Positions 60,462 to 64,000 of a DNA stretch of 64,000 bases are shown piece by piece. The DNA comes from a bacterium (lineage in GTDB: Bacteria > Patescibacteriota > Gracilibacteria > UBA1369 > GCA-2718715): NCBI GenBank assembly GCA_018662325.1, contig JABJGM010000014.1, forward strand, positions 8,237 through 72,236, read 5' to 3'. Positions within the stretch are counted from its first letter, which is position 1. Every line of letters starts with the position of its first letter. The notes beneath the pieces were generated by a model. That model saw only the letters and a list, made by a program, of their open reading frames with translations. It made no database searches and was not told the origin of the DNA. The position numbers and the translations under genes are program-made.

Positions 60462-60935
60462 TCATATTAATTTAACAAAAAGAAAGAGAAATATAGAAAC
60501 AAAAACTCCAATCAATACCCCTTTTATTAATTGGTTGGAGGTATTTTCATTTAAAGACTGAGAATCTTTAGAATTAATTATAGACATCAAAAAAGTTGAA
60601 TTAACAACAATCTCTTGATCACTTAAAACATCAAATTCAAGACTTGCTGAGTCAATCATATCCAAAAAAGATTTTAAATTAATCTTTAAATATTTATCTT
60701 GAATAGAAGGAATATTCTTTATATCAATATTGAAATTAGAACTAGAACTAGTTATTTTTTTTGCAGTTAATTCTGAATCAAAATTTTTAAGATTGAAATT
60801 ATTATCTTCTTGATTTTCAAAGCTATCAGAAGGAGTTAACTGGGATTTTTCTTCAACTTGGAAATCTAATGAATTAACGACTTTCTCAAGACCTTTAATT
60901 TTTGAAATTGGAATTAAAATTTCTTTTTTCTCCAT
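60462..60935 (-). CDS. Hypothetical protein with C-terminal TM anchor
   Basis: 157 aa ending GVLIGVFVSIFLFLFVKLI. Confidence 0.7.
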   Translation of the reverse strand: MEKKEILIPISKIKGLEKVVNSLDFQVEEKSQLTPSDSFENQEDNNFNLKNFDSELTAKKITSSSSNFNIDIKNIPSIQDKYLKINLKSFLDMIDSASLEFDVLSDQEIVVNSTFLMSIINSKDSQSLNENTSNQLIKGVLIGVFVSIFLFLFVKLI

Positions 60936-60969
60936 AAAAAAATTTATTTACTTAAATTTTAAACAAAAT

Positions 60970-61000
60970 AAAAAAAAAGACCAAATTTATTGGTCTTTTT
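60970..61000. terminator. Intrinsic terminator after groEL
   Basis: AAAAAGACCAA-attta-TTGGTCTTTTT. Confidence 0.85.
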
Positions 61001-61004
61001 AAAT

Positions 61005-62639
<1,635 letters not shown>

Positions 62640-62645
62640 TTAAAT

Positions 62646-62936
62646 TTATTTATTAATTTTTGCTAATACATCCTTCTGAGGAATAACTAAATATTTCTCA
62701 CCATCAATTTCAAACTCATCTGTGGCATATTTTCTAAAAACAATCTTGTCACCAATAGAAATTGTCATATTAGAAAGAGTACCATTTTCAAGCTCTCTTC
62801 CTGGACCAACAGCAATAACCTCACCTTGACCAGGCTTAGCATCTTTTGATTCTGGAATATAAAAGGATGATTTAGTAGTATCTTCTTTTAGAGGTAAAAT
62901 TACTAAGTTTTCACCTAATGGAATTAATTTAGACAT
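62646..62936 (-). CDS. groS: Co-chaperonin GroES
   Basis: PLGENL, GEVIAVGPG, GDKIVFRKY. Confidence 0.97.
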   Translation of the reverse strand: MSKLIPLGENLVILPLKEDTTKSSFYIPESKDAKPGQGEVIAVGPGRELENGTLSNMTISIGDKIVFRKYATDEFEIDGEKYLVIPQKDVLAKINK

Positions 62937-62949
62937 AATAAAAATTAAA

Positions 62950-62976
62950 TTAGCACCCTCATAGTACGAGTGCTAA
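62950..62976 (-). promoter_or_regulatory. CIRCE element (HrcA operator)
   Basis: TTAGCACTC-N9-GGGTGCTAA, one mismatch from consensus, 13 nt upstream of groES. Confidence 0.93.
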
Positions 62977-63029
62977 TTTTATTTTGCAATAGATTTTTTT
63001 ATTTTTTTACTTTTATTTAACTTCTTAAA

Positions 63030-64000
63030 TTAAGCAGCGAAATCTTCAACTCTTTTCTCTCTTATAACATTGACTTTTATTTGGCCTTGATAAGCTAAAT
63101 CATGATGAATTTTACTAGCAATTTGAGAAGAAAGCTTTTTAGTTTCTAAGTCATCTAACTTATCTGCATCTACAATCACCCTTACTTCTTGACCGGTATG
63201 TAAAGCAAAAACATTTTTAACACCACCAAAATCCTTCGCAACAGATTCTAGCTCAGACATTCTTTTAACAAAAGACTCCATATTATTCTTATTCATATTA
63301 GGACGAGATAAAGCCAGTTTCGTAGCGATTTTAACTATAATAGCATCCATAGATTCGTTCTTAACATTTTCCTTTTGTTGCTTTATTGACTCTACAATAT
63401 CAGAAGAAACTCCATATTTCTTACAAATATCTGCACTAATATCCTCCATTTCACCAGTAACTTCATGATCAACTGACTGTCCAACAAATTTTAAAAGAGC
63501 AATCTTTTTTAAATTCATTGATTTATACCCAAGACTTGATGCAATTACAATAGATAAAGCACCGACATTTAAAGCAAATTTCAAGAGATTTTGAGACTGA
63601 ATTGTTCTAAATTTCAATTTACCAAGTAAAGATAATAAATCGTCAGAAAGACCTGCCACATTTGCTTCAAAACAGGCTTTTTGACCCAAATCGAAAACTA
63701 AAGTTTCAACTTCAGAAATAACCTTTTTTACAACTTCTTCAATTCTAGCTGGATTAATTCTACCATCCGAAAGTAATCTTTCTAAAGAAACTTTAGCTAC
63801 GTACCTACGAAGCAAATCAAAAGCTGATATAAGAACCACGCCAGGAGTATCATCTACTACTACATCAACACCAGTCAATCTCTCAAAGGTTTGAATATTT
63901 CTTCCTTCCTTACCAATAATTCTACCTTTCATATCATCACTAGGAAGGTTAACAACAGTAGATGTATTTTCAGAAGCAACTTCCGAAGCAATCTTTTGCA
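63030..64000 (-). CDS. rny: Ribonuclease Y homolog, 5' end outside the window, HD motif degenerate
   Basis: KH domain MKGRIIGKEGRNI, DGRINPARIEE, GQEVRVIV, GQIKVNVIRE. Confidence 0.92.
   Translation of the reverse strand, partial: QKIASEVASENTSTVVNLPSDDMKGRIIGKEGRNIQTFERLTGVDVVVDDTPGVVLISAFDLLRRYVAKVSLERLLSDGRINPARIEEVVKKVISEVETLVFDLGQKACFEANVAGLSDDLLSLLGKLKFRTIQSQNLLKFALNVGALSIVIASSLGYKSMNLKKIALLKFVGQSVDHEVTGEMEDISADICKKYGVSSDIVESIKQQKENVKNESMDAIIVKIATKLALSRPNMNKNNMESFVKRMSELESVAKDFGGVKNVFALHTGQEVRVIVDADKLDDLETKKLSSQIASKIHHDLAYQGQIKVNVIREKRVEDFAA

Overview
Very AT-rich, gene-dense bacterial chromosome segment read with genetic code 11. Gene content and style point to a Patescibacteria/CPR genome, probably Peregrinibacteria-like (inference): lower glycolysis genes only, an archaeal-type TpiA, type IV pilus accessories, and no visible Shine-Dalgarno sites. 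Most of the window is housekeeping: obg, pth, rplU, glmS, pyk, ruvC, gpmI, secDF, priA, trpS, pyrG, greA, rpoD, dnaG, truB, murE, gatA/C, rel, rplY, mltG, dnaA, rseP, frr, pyrH, groESL with a CIRCE element, and rny. Between these lie stand-alone orphan genes, each with its own near-consensus sigma70 promoter and built by internal repetition. The best candidate for a new system is a tandem pair at 17.5-21.1 kb with the architecture coiled coil / winged-helix-like domain / pentapeptide-repeat array / second winged-helix-like domain. The two arrays share a 102-nt identical tract although the flanking domains are strongly diverged, and the first copy is split by a -1 frameshift at A-runs. Other points of interest are an ABC-F gene with a leader peptide and switchable hairpins next to a third pentapeptide gene and an MccF-like peptidase, a SecDF with inserted parvulin-like domains, an RNase Y lacking its HD metal ligands, and a dnaA with no adjacent origin. 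No rRNA, tRNA, CRISPR array, transposase or integrase was recognised.
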